Source of the DNA: Elusimicrobiota bacterium
GTDB lineage: Bacteria > CG03 > SLGR01 > JAGXOG01
DNA length: 33,775 nt
Reading direction: 5' to 3'
NCBI GenBank assembly: GCA_051745145.1
Contig: JBNJDT010000015.1
Location: 1-33,775 of the forward strand
Position 1 is the first letter of the stretch. Every line of letters begins with the position of its first letter. Made by a program: the position numbers and the translations under genes. The notes under the pieces were generated by a model. It was not told the DNA's origin, searched no databases, and saw only the letters and a list, made by a program, of their open reading frames with translations. Shown here one piece after another: positions 1-8,645 of the stretch.

Positions 1-297
1 AAAATACATGCAAAAAATCCAACCGTAATTAAACCAGATGTATTCCAGACTGTGAAGCGGAGCATCCGAAGAGAACAGAGCGCTTATAATAAAAGCCAGT
101 AAAAATAAGCCTAAGGGAATATCCAGCCCGGTATTTATAAAATTTAGCTCTTTATTAAAAAATTTTATTAAGAAAGCCACTCCCAGTAAACCGGTGGCCA
201 CTCCCATCAAAAAAATTGAGAGCGGTAAACTTACGGCAAGCAGTACAAGTCCGGCCTTAAAAAAATTATCTCCTGTTTTTTTAATATTTATATTCAT
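1..297 (-). CDS. 5' part of a polytopic membrane protein, probably O-antigen ligase (WaaL-like); runs off the window edge
   Basis: Not in the ORF track because it is truncated. Manual translation from ATG at 297 gives MNINIKKTGDNFFKAGLVLLAVSLPLSIFLMGVATGLLGVAFLIKFFNKELNFINTGLDIPLGLFLLAFIISALFSSDAPLHSLEYIWFNYGWIFCMYF, open to base 1 with several hydrophobic helices. AGGAG RBS at 309-313. The WaaL call rests on its N-terminal pattern and its position after LPS glycosyltransferases. Confidence 0.6.
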   Translation of the reverse strand, partial: MNINIKKTGDNFFKAGLVLLAVSLPLSIFLMGVATGLLGVAFLIKFFNKELNFINTGLDIPLGLFLLAFIISALFSSDAPLHSLEYIWFNYGWIFCMYF

Positions 298-328
298 TGT
301 CTTTTTATCTCCTATTTTTTAGTAATTT

Positions 329-1387
329 TTATTTACTGTTTTTTCTATAAATTTTTAAATAACTTTTCGCCATTTTTTCAACACAAAATTTATCTTCAAC
401 CCTTTCGGTCCCCCGGGTCCCCATTGATTCTCTCAAATTCTTATCACCCAGTAGCCTCTTTAAAAAATTAGAAACCGCTCCGTCATCTTCCGGGTCGACC
501 AAAAAACCGGTTTCCCCGTCTTTTACCACTTCTTTGAGTCCCCCGACCCCGGTGGCTATTACCGGTAATCCGGCGGCCATTCCTTCAAGCACCGACGTTC
601 CCAGTCCCTCATAGTGTACGGTGTGAACCAGAACGTCCAGATTGACAAAAAAACCGGACATATCCTCTACAAAACCCTCTATTACAAAACTGCCGGCAAG
701 GTCTCTTTTCTCTATGTAATCGGCTATTTTCTGTCTGTCTTTACCGGTGCCCGCTATATGAAATTTAATCCCCTCTTTTTCTTTTTGAATTTTCCGAGCA
801 GCCCGTATAAAAGTCAGAAAATCCTTGTGATTTAAATCCAGAGCTCCTACCATTCCCACCCGGAATTTTTGCTCCGGCCGGTAATTTCTTTTAACTCTGT
901 ACTTTTTAGTATCCACGGCCGAATATATGCGCCGGGGACTTTTAAATCCGGCTTCTTCTATCTGTTTTTTTATAAAATCTGAAATAACAACCAGCTTATC
1001 GGGGAACCCGTACTTCAGCTTATTTAAATAATTACCTTTTATAGGAAAATCGACTCTCCGGGTGAAGACCGTTTTTATATCCATTTTCCTTAAAGCCAGG
1101 GCCCCTATTCCCAGACTTTTGGCAGTATGAAAATGAACTGTCCCGGGATCGTATTTTTTAACTATTTTCCTTAATTTTAATCCCCTTATAATATCAATAT
1201 CGTTTGCCGGATCCAGGTTTTTTATTTTAACCCCGATTTCTTGGCCTTTTTCCTCCAGGGGAGACTTTTCCGGGACAACCAGGAGCTGATCTACCCCCAT
1301 CTTTTTTAACTCCCTGATTAATAAATAGACCTGGTTCTGGCCCCCCCGCCAGCCTCTGCCGGTATCAAAATGAACAACCCGGGTCAT
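329..1387 (-). CDS. Glycosyltransferase family 4 (GT-B, RfaG-like), LPS core
   Basis: N-terminal GWRGGQNQ motif; C-terminal EGLGTSVLEGMAAGLPVIATGVGG with the EX7E motif; DGETGFLV. Confidence 0.9.
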   Translation of the reverse strand: MTRVVHFDTGRGWRGGQNQVYLLIRELKKMGVDQLLVVPEKSPLEEKGQEIGVKIKNLDPANDIDIIRGLKLRKIVKKYDPGTVHFHTAKSLGIGALALRKMDIKTVFTRRVDFPIKGNYLNKLKYGFPDKLVVISDFIKKQIEEAGFKSPRRIYSAVDTKKYRVKRNYRPEQKFRVGMVGALDLNHKDFLTFIRAARKIQKEKEGIKFHIAGTGKDRQKIADYIEKRDLAGSFVIEGFVEDMSGFFVNLDVLVHTVHYEGLGTSVLEGMAAGLPVIATGVGGLKEVVKDGETGFLVDPEDDGAVSNFLKRLLGDKNLRESMGTRGTERVEDKFCVEKMAKSYLKIYRKNSK

Positions 1388-2265
1388 TTCCTTAATAATT
1401 TAAAATTTTTATATTCCCCGATCCTTAAACCGGTTAAATCGGCTATTACATCTGTTACTCTATACCGGATATCCTTAAAGTTTAAACTGTAATCAAACTT
1501 TTCCGGCTGAAAGGGATAATCCCAGTTTTCAATTCTGCCAGACATAACTTCGGGATGAGAACCGCTATACTTATCCACCATAAACGGATCTATATGATTT
1601 TCGTAATAAAATCTCTCCTGGATGTCTTCATTTCCTTCTTTATCTCCGTGATGTAAAGAATTATGATACCGTTTCTTGTCCGCCATTTTATAGGGATCCC
1701 TGACCCAGCCGTAATGATAAACGTAGGCCGGACACTCTTTCACCTTAAGTTTCCTGCCGTCCACCCTGAAAGACTGGGCGCTTCTCCAGGACTGTATCCC
1801 GAGATGATTGCGTATTATTCTTATCTCTCTTTTGTACCAGTGATAGGATTTGACATAGGTATTAAAATCCCCGAAAAAATGACGGTAATTTAATATTAAC
1901 CCCTCCACCCTTTCATCGTCTAAATTATCCCTCATACACTTTCTTATCCTATCGTAATCCTCTTCGTGGAGTACTTCATCCGCCTGCAGATAAATACACC
2001 AGTCCCCCCGGCACCGGTAAAGGGGGATATTGGTCTGTACCGCCAGTATCCTGCCCTTGGCTTTAAAATCGGGATCCCACCGGGAAACTATTATATTTAT
2101 TTTATCGCTTTTAATGGACCGGACTAATTCCAGCGTATCATCTTCGGAAACTCCGACATTGACATAAACTTCATCGCACAAAGGAAGCATGGACTTTATA
2201 GATTCTACTACCGGAAAATCGTATTTTATTGCATCTTTGACGAACGTAAAACCGCTTACTTTCAC
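1384..2265 (-). CDS. Glycosyltransferase family 2
   Basis: MKVSGFTFVKDAIKYDFPVVESI N-terminus, SEDDT, WCIYLQADE (DxD-like), YHYGWVR. GTG start; 4-bp overlap with the downstream GT4. Confidence 0.85.
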   Translation of the reverse strand: MKVSGFTFVKDAIKYDFPVVESIKSMLPLCDEVYVNVGVSEDDTLELVRSIKSDKINIIVSRWDPDFKAKGRILAVQTNIPLYRCRGDWCIYLQADEVLHEEDYDRIRKCMRDNLDDERVEGLILNYRHFFGDFNTYVKSYHWYKREIRIIRNHLGIQSWRSAQSFRVDGRKLKVKECPAYVYHYGWVRDPYKMADKKRYHNSLHHGDKEGNEDIQERFYYENHIDPFMVDKYSGSHPEVMSGRIENWDYPFQPEKFDYSLNFKDIRYRVTDVIADLTGLRIGEYKNFKLLRK

Positions 2266-2267
2266 TT

Positions 2268-3008
2268 TTATCTCCTTGCTGTTTTTAAATATATTCTCAA
2301 ATACTTGGTAAACACGCTAAACGAAGCGGTTACCGCCAGGACAAATCCTATTGTACCGTCTAAAAACCCCAATTTCAAAAAATACATTTTTACAAACCTG
2401 GCCAGGGGGTTGGCAAACAGTTTTCCAGGGGTAACTTTTTTGCCCTTTGCATCTAAGGCGTTCCACTTAGTATATCTGTTTACCTTGGTAAAATAATCGT
2501 CCACGGATTTATAGGAATGATGCTCCATCTTATTTTTTAAAAAACCGGCTTTGCCGTCTAATTCAAGTTCGGCGTGGACTCTCTTGTCCGGATATCTGGC
2601 CTTCTCTTTTTTAAATAATCTTATTACCTTATCGCTTTCCCATCCCCCGTGATTCACGGGATACCCCAGAAAATAATTTTTTCTGTATATCCAGTATCCC
2701 TCACAATCCGGGGCATCTAAAACTTCCCTGATCTCGGCAGCAAGCCCGGAAGTGATCCTTTCGTCGGCATCCACCACAAGTATCCAGCTGTTTTTGGCCC
2801 GGTCCATTCCTATGTTTTTCTTGGCTTCCGGATACTGAATATCCGAATTTATGACTTTTGCCCCCATCTCTTTAGCTATTTCTTTTGTGCGGTCGGTAGA
2901 ATCAGTATCCACCACTATTACTTCATCGACAAAATTCAGGCCCTCGATACACCCTTTGATATTGTCTTCTTCGTTATAAGTAACTATTACCGCGCTGATA
3001 TTATTCAT
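2268..3008 (-). CDS. Glycosyltransferase family 2, LPS core beta-glucosyltransferase (WaaE/KdtX-like)
   Basis: ISAVIVTYNEE, VVDTDSTDRT, WILVVDADERI, RVHAE, GFLDG motifs. Confidence 0.88.
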   Translation of the reverse strand: MNNISAVIVTYNEEDNIKGCIEGLNFVDEVIVVDTDSTDRTKEIAKEMGAKVINSDIQYPEAKKNIGMDRAKNSWILVVDADERITSGLAAEIREVLDAPDCEGYWIYRKNYFLGYPVNHGGWESDKVIRLFKKEKARYPDKRVHAELELDGKAGFLKNKMEHHSYKSVDDYFTKVNRYTKWNALDAKGKKVTPGKLFANPLARFVKMYFLKLGFLDGTIGFVLAVTASFSVFTKYLRIYLKTARR

Positions 3009-4809
3009 TAAAAATTTTTCCTATAGTTTCCGTATATACTTTTGGAGAATGCTTTTTTCTTATGTAGTTCTTTGCATTCTTTCCCATCTTAACATTAAGT
3101 TTCCTATTATTCAAAATACGGTATATTTTCTCCCCCAGCTCTTTTTTGATGCCGGGTTCAACAAGAAAACCGTTGTATCCGTTTTTAATAATTTCAGAAA
3201 GACATCCCACAGAGCTGGCCACAACCGGCCGGCCGCTGGCCATCCACTCTAAAGCTACCCTGCTTACCGCTTCAGAACCCAAAGAAGGGACAACTCCCAA
3301 CTTACATGAATTCATAAATTCGGGCACCTTATTTTCCCTAATATACCCAATATATTTAATTCTGTCCAAAATTCCAAGTTCTGCAGCCTCTTTTTTAAGT
3401 ACTTCCCAGTTTACCCCCTCCTGTTGCCCTACAATTTCCAGTTTAAAATTTATATTTTTTTCCTTAACTATCTTCAGGGCTTTAAATAAAATGCGGTGTC
3501 CCTTAACCTTATCCAGCCGCCCTACAATTCCCACTTTATTTTCGGAGGGCACCGGTTTATCGGAAAACTTTTTTTTCACTACCGGCGGCAAATAATATAT
3601 TTTTTTTCTGTTGAATTTTCTTTCTAAAAATTTCTTTTTTATTTTTTCAGTGGGCACTATAATTCCCCGGGCTATTCTGTTGTGCATTATACGGTTAAAA
3701 AAATTATCCGTTACCATTCCCCGCTGGGCATAAACCCGGTAAACCGGAATTTTCCTTAAAATCCCCAGAATTATTCCCATAAAAAAAGAACTGCCGGTAT
3801 GGGCAACTATTTCCTCAATATTAAACCGGCCGGAAAATCGTCCTAATCTAAATATTCCCGGTACACTTTCTAAAGCTCCTCGACCCGGTACTCCGATTAC
3901 AGTATTTTTTTTAACTGCTTTCTTAAAAAGAATAGAATTATCCACCACCGAATACAATGCCCCCTTTTTAAAACTTTCCGGATAGCTGCCCATATCTAAG
4001 GCAAAACGGGCCAGGCCCGAATACCAGGGAATATTTACTATATGAAGAATTTGCCCGGGGGCTTTTTGTACTATAAATTTTAAATTTATCTTAAGATAAA
4101 TTATAAGGTATATATAATGCCCCACCTTTTCTAAACTCTCCGTAAAATACTTAAAAAAGTTTCTGTTACAACTTAAAGTAACCGGGATTTCTTCCATGGA
4201 AGTTCCAAAATAAGCCAGTTTTAAAAGCATCTCACTTGAGGCCGGCCGGCCGCCAACGGTAATAGGCAATTTGCCCATAGCTTGGTGATATTTTTTTACT
4301 ATCTTTAATTTATACATATTGAACCCAAACGTATAATCGTTTATTTCCCTCACGGCAAAAAGTAAAGAAAATATTTTGTTTAACCCGTAACTAAAAATTC
4401 TTTTAATAAAACTCATCCCTTTTTCAGTTAACCGGCTGCCCGCGGCAATATCTTTATACTGAATAATTTCATACATCTTGATTAAATCCCGGGGACTAAA
4501 ACTGCAGAATCCGGGCACAGTAACTACAACATCCTCCGGTGCGCTGTTTTCAACAACCCACCTGAGGCCGGTTTTAAGCAATTTTCCGGGTTTTTTGCTT
4601 TTTGGATTTTGTAAATGCACCGACGGGATTTTCCGGTCATATTTTTCGCAAATTTTGGCGGTATTCCCGCAACTTCCGCCTTCCACTGCTACTACCTTAA
4701 AAGAAAATTTTGAGAAATTTTCCAGGCGGGAAAATATTTTCCGTAAATGGGTTCCGCTATCGGGAACGGGTACAATTATATAAATTTTTCTTTTGGAGTT
4801 ACTGTTCAT
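3001..4809 (-). CDS. Fusion of a degenerate DPM1-like GT2 domain (about aa 8-240) and a GT4 glycosyltransferase (about aa 254-602)
   Basis: C-terminal half has GIVGRLDKVKGH and EAVSRVALE (EX7E). N-terminal half keeps GT2/DPM scaffold motifs (IIVP, AGSR, DYTFGF, EIP) but lacks the acidic catalytic motifs. Confidence 0.8.
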   Translation of the reverse strand: MNSNSKRKIYIIVPVPDSGTHLRKIFSRLENFSKFSFKVVAVEGGSCGNTAKICEKYDRKIPSVHLQNPKSKKPGKLLKTGLRWVVENSAPEDVVVTVPGFCSFSPRDLIKMYEIIQYKDIAAGSRLTEKGMSFIKRIFSYGLNKIFSLLFAVREINDYTFGFNMYKLKIVKKYHQAMGKLPITVGGRPASSEMLLKLAYFGTSMEEIPVTLSCNRNFFKYFTESLEKVGHYIYLIIYLKINLKFIVQKAPGQILHIVNIPWYSGLARFALDMGSYPESFKKGALYSVVDNSILFKKAVKKNTVIGVPGRGALESVPGIFRLGRFSGRFNIEEIVAHTGSSFFMGIILGILRKIPVYRVYAQRGMVTDNFFNRIMHNRIARGIIVPTEKIKKKFLERKFNRKKIYYLPPVVKKKFSDKPVPSENKVGIVGRLDKVKGHRILFKALKIVKEKNINFKLEIVGQQEGVNWEVLKKEAAELGILDRIKYIGYIRENKVPEFMNSCKLGVVPSLGSEAVSRVALEWMASGRPVVASSVGCLSEIIKNGYNGFLVEPGIKKELGEKIYRILNNRKLNVKMGKNAKNYIRKKHSPKVYTETIGKIFNE

Positions 4810-5818
4810 TCCGGTCTAACTCTTTCTTCTTTTTATAAAGTTTTTTCTTTACTTCATCTACCCCTATATCCAGCATACATTTAAAATGGTCCCGGGGACA
4901 TCTTCGGGGGCCGTGAAGACTGCACGGCCTGCATTCTAAGGGAACTTCAATTATTTTGTGGATATTCCCGTAAGGGGCAAATCCCATATCCGGTACCGTA
5001 GGCCCGAAAATCGCGACAACCGGTTTGCCCAAAGCCGCCCCTACATGTATAAGCCCGGAATCATTGGACAGCATAATATCCACCCAGCTTACGGCGGCAG
5101 CCAACTCTTTTATATTAGTTTTCCCGGTAAGATTTATTACATGTTCAGCCCATTTTTCCCGGTCTTTCCCAAAAGCCACTAACTTAAAATCGGATTTTAC
5201 TTCATCGGCCAATTTTTGAAATTTTTCTTTGGGCCATTTTTTTGTAGGCCATTCACTCTGGGCCGATATACCGATTATTTTTTTATTTTTTCCGGGTTTT
5301 AAAATTTCTCTGTACTTTCTTACCAGATCTTCATCGGGAATCAGGTCAAATTCTCTTTTTAGTTCCCTACACCCGGCCAGCCCGGCCAAATCCAGTAGTC
5401 TTTCCAGTTCATGTTTATCCCAGTCGTATTCACACTTTTTAGTGGCAAAAAACCTGGCCCCTCCCCTCTTAAAAGCTATCCTTTCCGGAATTCTTCCCAG
5501 ATATGCAAGAAGCCCACTTCTGAAAGACCGCTGGGGCAAAAAAACTTTATCAAACTCTTCCCCGCGAAGCCGAGAGGCTAACTTTAAAAAACTGCCTATT
5601 CCCCCGTCATTACCTTTCTTGTCATATAATATAATATCATCTACAGACGGATTACTTTCAAATACCCCTTCAGTTGCCGGAGTGGTCACTACAGTAACTC
5701 CGGCGTTAAAACACTTTTTTAGGGTATTTATTAAAGGCAGGGTAAGAAGACAGTCCCCCAAAAAAGCTGTCTGAATAATTAAAATTTTTTTGCCGGCTTT
5801 TAAAGAATTTTTATTCAC
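4799..5818 (-). CDS. waaF: ADP-heptose:LPS heptosyltransferase II (GT9)
   Basis: ILIIQTAFLGD, WPTKKWP, NLTGKT, SNDSGLIH, AIFGPT, C-terminal CRPCSLHG-C-C. GTG start. GT9 is secure; WaaF specifically is less so. Confidence 0.8.
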   Translation of the reverse strand: MNKNSLKAGKKILIIQTAFLGDCLLTLPLINTLKKCFNAGVTVVTTPATEGVFESNPSVDDIILYDKKGNDGGIGSFLKLASRLRGEEFDKVFLPQRSFRSGLLAYLGRIPERIAFKRGGARFFATKKCEYDWDKHELERLLDLAGLAGCRELKREFDLIPDEDLVRKYREILKPGKNKKIIGISAQSEWPTKKWPKEKFQKLADEVKSDFKLVAFGKDREKWAEHVINLTGKTNIKELAAAVSWVDIMLSNDSGLIHVGAALGKPVVAIFGPTVPDMGFAPYGNIHKIIEVPLECRPCSLHGPRRCPRDHFKCMLDIGVDEVKKKLYKKKKELDRNEQ

Positions 5819-6780
5819 AGAAAGTTTTTAAGTTTTTTCATAACCGCCTGAGGTTCAATGCGCCTCATACAGGCATGATCTTTAAACTTGCATTTTTTAG
5901 AGCCGTGCAGACTGCAGGGGCGGCAGTCCATATCCTTTTCCATAATTACTATATTTTCGGCATTCCGGGGCTGGAATCCAAATTCTTTTACGGTAGGCCC
6001 GAATAAGGCAACTGTATCGGTATCAAGGGCCCATCCCATATGCAGTGGAGCAGAATCAGTAGTTATAAGTACCCGGGCCCGGTCTATTACGCCGGCCAGG
6101 GTTCGTATATTAGTTTTACCGGTTAAATCTTTAACGTGTTTTTTTAAAAGACCCGTCCCCTCCCGAAGTTTCTCTATCAAAGATTTCTGATTTTCCGTAC
6201 CCAGTAAAACCACTTTAAAACCAGTATCCCGTATTATCTTTATTATTAATTTACTGTAGTGTTCGGGGATCCATTCTTTAGTAGGCCATTTTGCTCCGGG
6301 AGCTATAGCTACATATTTTTCCTTACCTGTGAGCTTTTCTACTTTTTCTTTCTCTTCATCGGATAAATATATTTCCGGTTTTTTATACTTTACCGGTATA
6401 TTTAAAGAATTAAGAGGCTCTATATACCGGTCCACGACCGTCTTATCAAGTTTTTCGAACCGGCGGCCGGTATGCAGGTAGGTTCTTCTGGCTACCGATG
6501 CTTTATCATAAGTAATTCTGTTATTCCCCTTAAAAAAATATTTTACAATATTGGACCGCAAACTATTGTGAAGATCGATTATATAATCATATTTAATTTT
6601 ACGGGATACGCCGGTGAAAATTTTATCTATATGGGGATTATTAAAATAAACCTGTCTGTATTCCGGTTTGGTTAAAAAATCAACCCTGTTTTTTTTATCA
6701 GCTGATTTTATATTTTTGGGTACCGGGGTAGTTAATATTATATCTCCCAGCGAAGAATATCTTATAATTAAAAAATTCAT
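5815..6780 (-). CDS. GT9 LPS heptosyltransferase (WaaC/WaaF family)
   Basis: IIRYSSLGDIIL, IDLHNSLRS, APGAKWPTKEW, TTDSAPLH, LFGPT, CRPCSLHG. Confidence 0.88.
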   Translation of the reverse strand: MNFLIIRYSSLGDIILTTPVPKNIKSADKKNRVDFLTKPEYRQVYFNNPHIDKIFTGVSRKIKYDYIIDLHNSLRSNIVKYFFKGNNRITYDKASVARRTYLHTGRRFEKLDKTVVDRYIEPLNSLNIPVKYKKPEIYLSDEEKEKVEKLTGKEKYVAIAPGAKWPTKEWIPEHYSKLIIKIIRDTGFKVVLLGTENQKSLIEKLREGTGLLKKHVKDLTGKTNIRTLAGVIDRARVLITTDSAPLHMGWALDTDTVALFGPTVKEFGFQPRNAENIVIMEKDMDCRPCSLHGSKKCKFKDHACMRRIEPQAVMKKLKNFL

Positions 6781-8028
6781 TTAATCTAAAATTCTACTCA
6801 ACTTTTTAGTATTTTCTTTCCTCCTTTTCATTAACTCGGCATACAACCGCTTCCCTCTTTTTAAAGACTGCTTTGGATATTTTAATATCTTAACAATCTC
6901 CCTGTAAAATTCCAACTCTGTTTTAACTATAACTATCCCCCCGGTTTCTTTTAAATCCATGACAATTTCCTCAAAATTATAAAAATATTGACCAGTAATT
7001 ACCGGAATTTTATAAACTGCAGGTTCTATTATATTTTGACCTCCGTGAGGTATTAAACTCCCCCCCACAAACGCCAGGGTGGCCAGTGAATATATTTTTT
7101 CCAATTCTCCCATAGTATCAACTACTACAATCTCCCGGGGCTTTAATTTCCCGCTTTTTTTGCTCCACAACGTATTTTTAAAATTATTTTTTTCTATTAA
7201 ATTCTCCACCCGGCTCACCCTGTTTAAATGCCGGGGAGAAATTATTAAACTCAAATCCCCGAACTGCTCTATTGCTCTTTTATAGACTTCCAGAATTATT
7301 TTTTCTTCTTTAGGGTGGGTGGAACCGCAAACAAGTACCGGGCCTGACGGGGGGAAATATCTTGGATCCCGGCTTTCTTTAGGCCCGGACCGGGGAATAC
7401 TGAAAATATATTTTAAATTCAGCGGAACTTCTACTTTATTGCCGGGGACTCCGAGTTTTATAAATCTTTTGCGATTAGTAATATTTTTAGGATATATTTT
7501 TTCAACCCGGTCTAATATTTTTCTTATAACCTTTTTAAAAATTTTATACACCGGAAAATTTTTAGGAGAAAGCCGGCCGTTTAAAATATTTATTTCAGTA
7601 TCTTTTAGGTAATAAATTAGACCCGGCCAGAGCTCTGTCTCCATAATTATCAATTTCCGGCAGTTAAAAAATTTTGTCAACCTATTGTAAAAAAAGATTA
7701 TATCCAGGGGAAGCAATACCACAACGGCGTTTTTAAATATTTTTTGGGCCTCATTTCTGCCCTCGGGGGTAAGACAAGTTATTAAAAAGTTTTCCTTCTC
7801 TTCAAATCCCGGTAACGAGCGAATTAACTTTACTTCCCCCACCGAAGCTGCATGGATCCAGAGATTTTCTTTTAAATTATTAAGCTCCTCTTTTTTAAAT
7901 TCAGGATATAAAGTAAGCCTTTCGTGTAAACTTTTTCTAAACCGCCTGTTAAAAATTATACCCGCAACCAGCCAGGGCAAAGCCAGGATAAAAATTAAGA
8001 CATAAAAAAAAGTATACCAGTAAATCAC
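6781..8028 (-). CDS. waaA: 3-deoxy-D-manno-octulosonate (Kdo) transferase
   Basis: N-terminal TM helix, WIHAASVGEV, METELWP, GSTH, PRH, DTMGEL, FVGGSL..HGGQNIIEPA. Confidence 0.95.
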   Translation of the reverse strand: MIYWYTFFYVLIFILALPWLVAGIIFNRRFRKSLHERLTLYPEFKKEELNNLKENLWIHAASVGEVKLIRSLPGFEEKENFLITCLTPEGRNEAQKIFKNAVVVLLPLDIIFFYNRLTKFFNCRKLIIMETELWPGLIYYLKDTEINILNGRLSPKNFPVYKIFKKVIRKILDRVEKIYPKNITNRKRFIKLGVPGNKVEVPLNLKYIFSIPRSGPKESRDPRYFPPSGPVLVCGSTHPKEEKIILEVYKRAIEQFGDLSLIISPRHLNRVSRVENLIEKNNFKNTLWSKKSGKLKPREIVVVDTMGELEKIYSLATLAFVGGSLIPHGGQNIIEPAVYKIPVITGQYFYNFEEIVMDLKETGGIVIVKTELEFYREIVKILKYPKQSLKRGKRLYAELMKRRKENTKKLSRILD

Positions 8029-8642
8029 AGCTCTTCCTTTAAAATTTCAGCTTTTTGGGTAGTCTTTTTTATTCCCTTCTCTATTCTTTTTTTAAAATTT
8101 TCCAGCTCTTCTTCCCGGTCCGGCTTTACAGGACGCCCGCTGACAACCACCCCCTTGTTAAAGGGCCAGGGAAGAACAAAATTATCCCAGGTATCCAGTA
8201 ATGTACGGGACTTTACGGCATAGGCAAGGGGTACCACCGGGCAACCGGTTTTTTTAGCTATTGCCGGCAGACCCTCTTTTACTTTTTCCCGGGGTCCTTT
8301 GGGCCCATCGGGGGTAATTGCGCAAACCTTTTTTCGCTTTAAAAGTTTTATCAGTCCGATTGCCGACGCCGAAGCCCCCCGCGAGGAAGACCCCCGCACG
8401 GTACCAAAACCAAAATTATGGATAACCTTAGAAATTACTCCCCCGTCTCTGGACCGGGAGACAAGAACATTTATACCTCTTCCCCGGTGAGAATATACGA
8501 GAAACATTAACCGGCTGTGCCAGAATGCAAGAATATACGGGGGATCGGGCAAAGGGGCTAAATTATAATATTTAAAATCCGTTGTCCAGCCCAGGATACG
8601 GATATAAAAAATTCCTATGATAACTAATATTTTGTACAGCAC
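8025..8642 (-). CDS. DUF374 / lysophospholipid acyltransferase family protein
   Basis: AFWHSR, VSRSRDG, VRGSSSRG, AITPDGPKGP, WDNFVLPWPF; this family typically sits next to waaA. Confidence 0.88.
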   Translation of the reverse strand: MLYKILVIIGIFYIRILGWTTDFKYYNLAPLPDPPYILAFWHSRLMFLVYSHRGRGINVLVSRSRDGGVISKVIHNFGFGTVRGSSSRGASASAIGLIKLLKRKKVCAITPDGPKGPREKVKEGLPAIAKKTGCPVVPLAYAVKSRTLLDTWDNFVLPWPFNKGVVVSGRPVKPDREEELENFKKRIEKGIKKTTQKAEILKEEL

Positions 8643-8645
8643 GTT

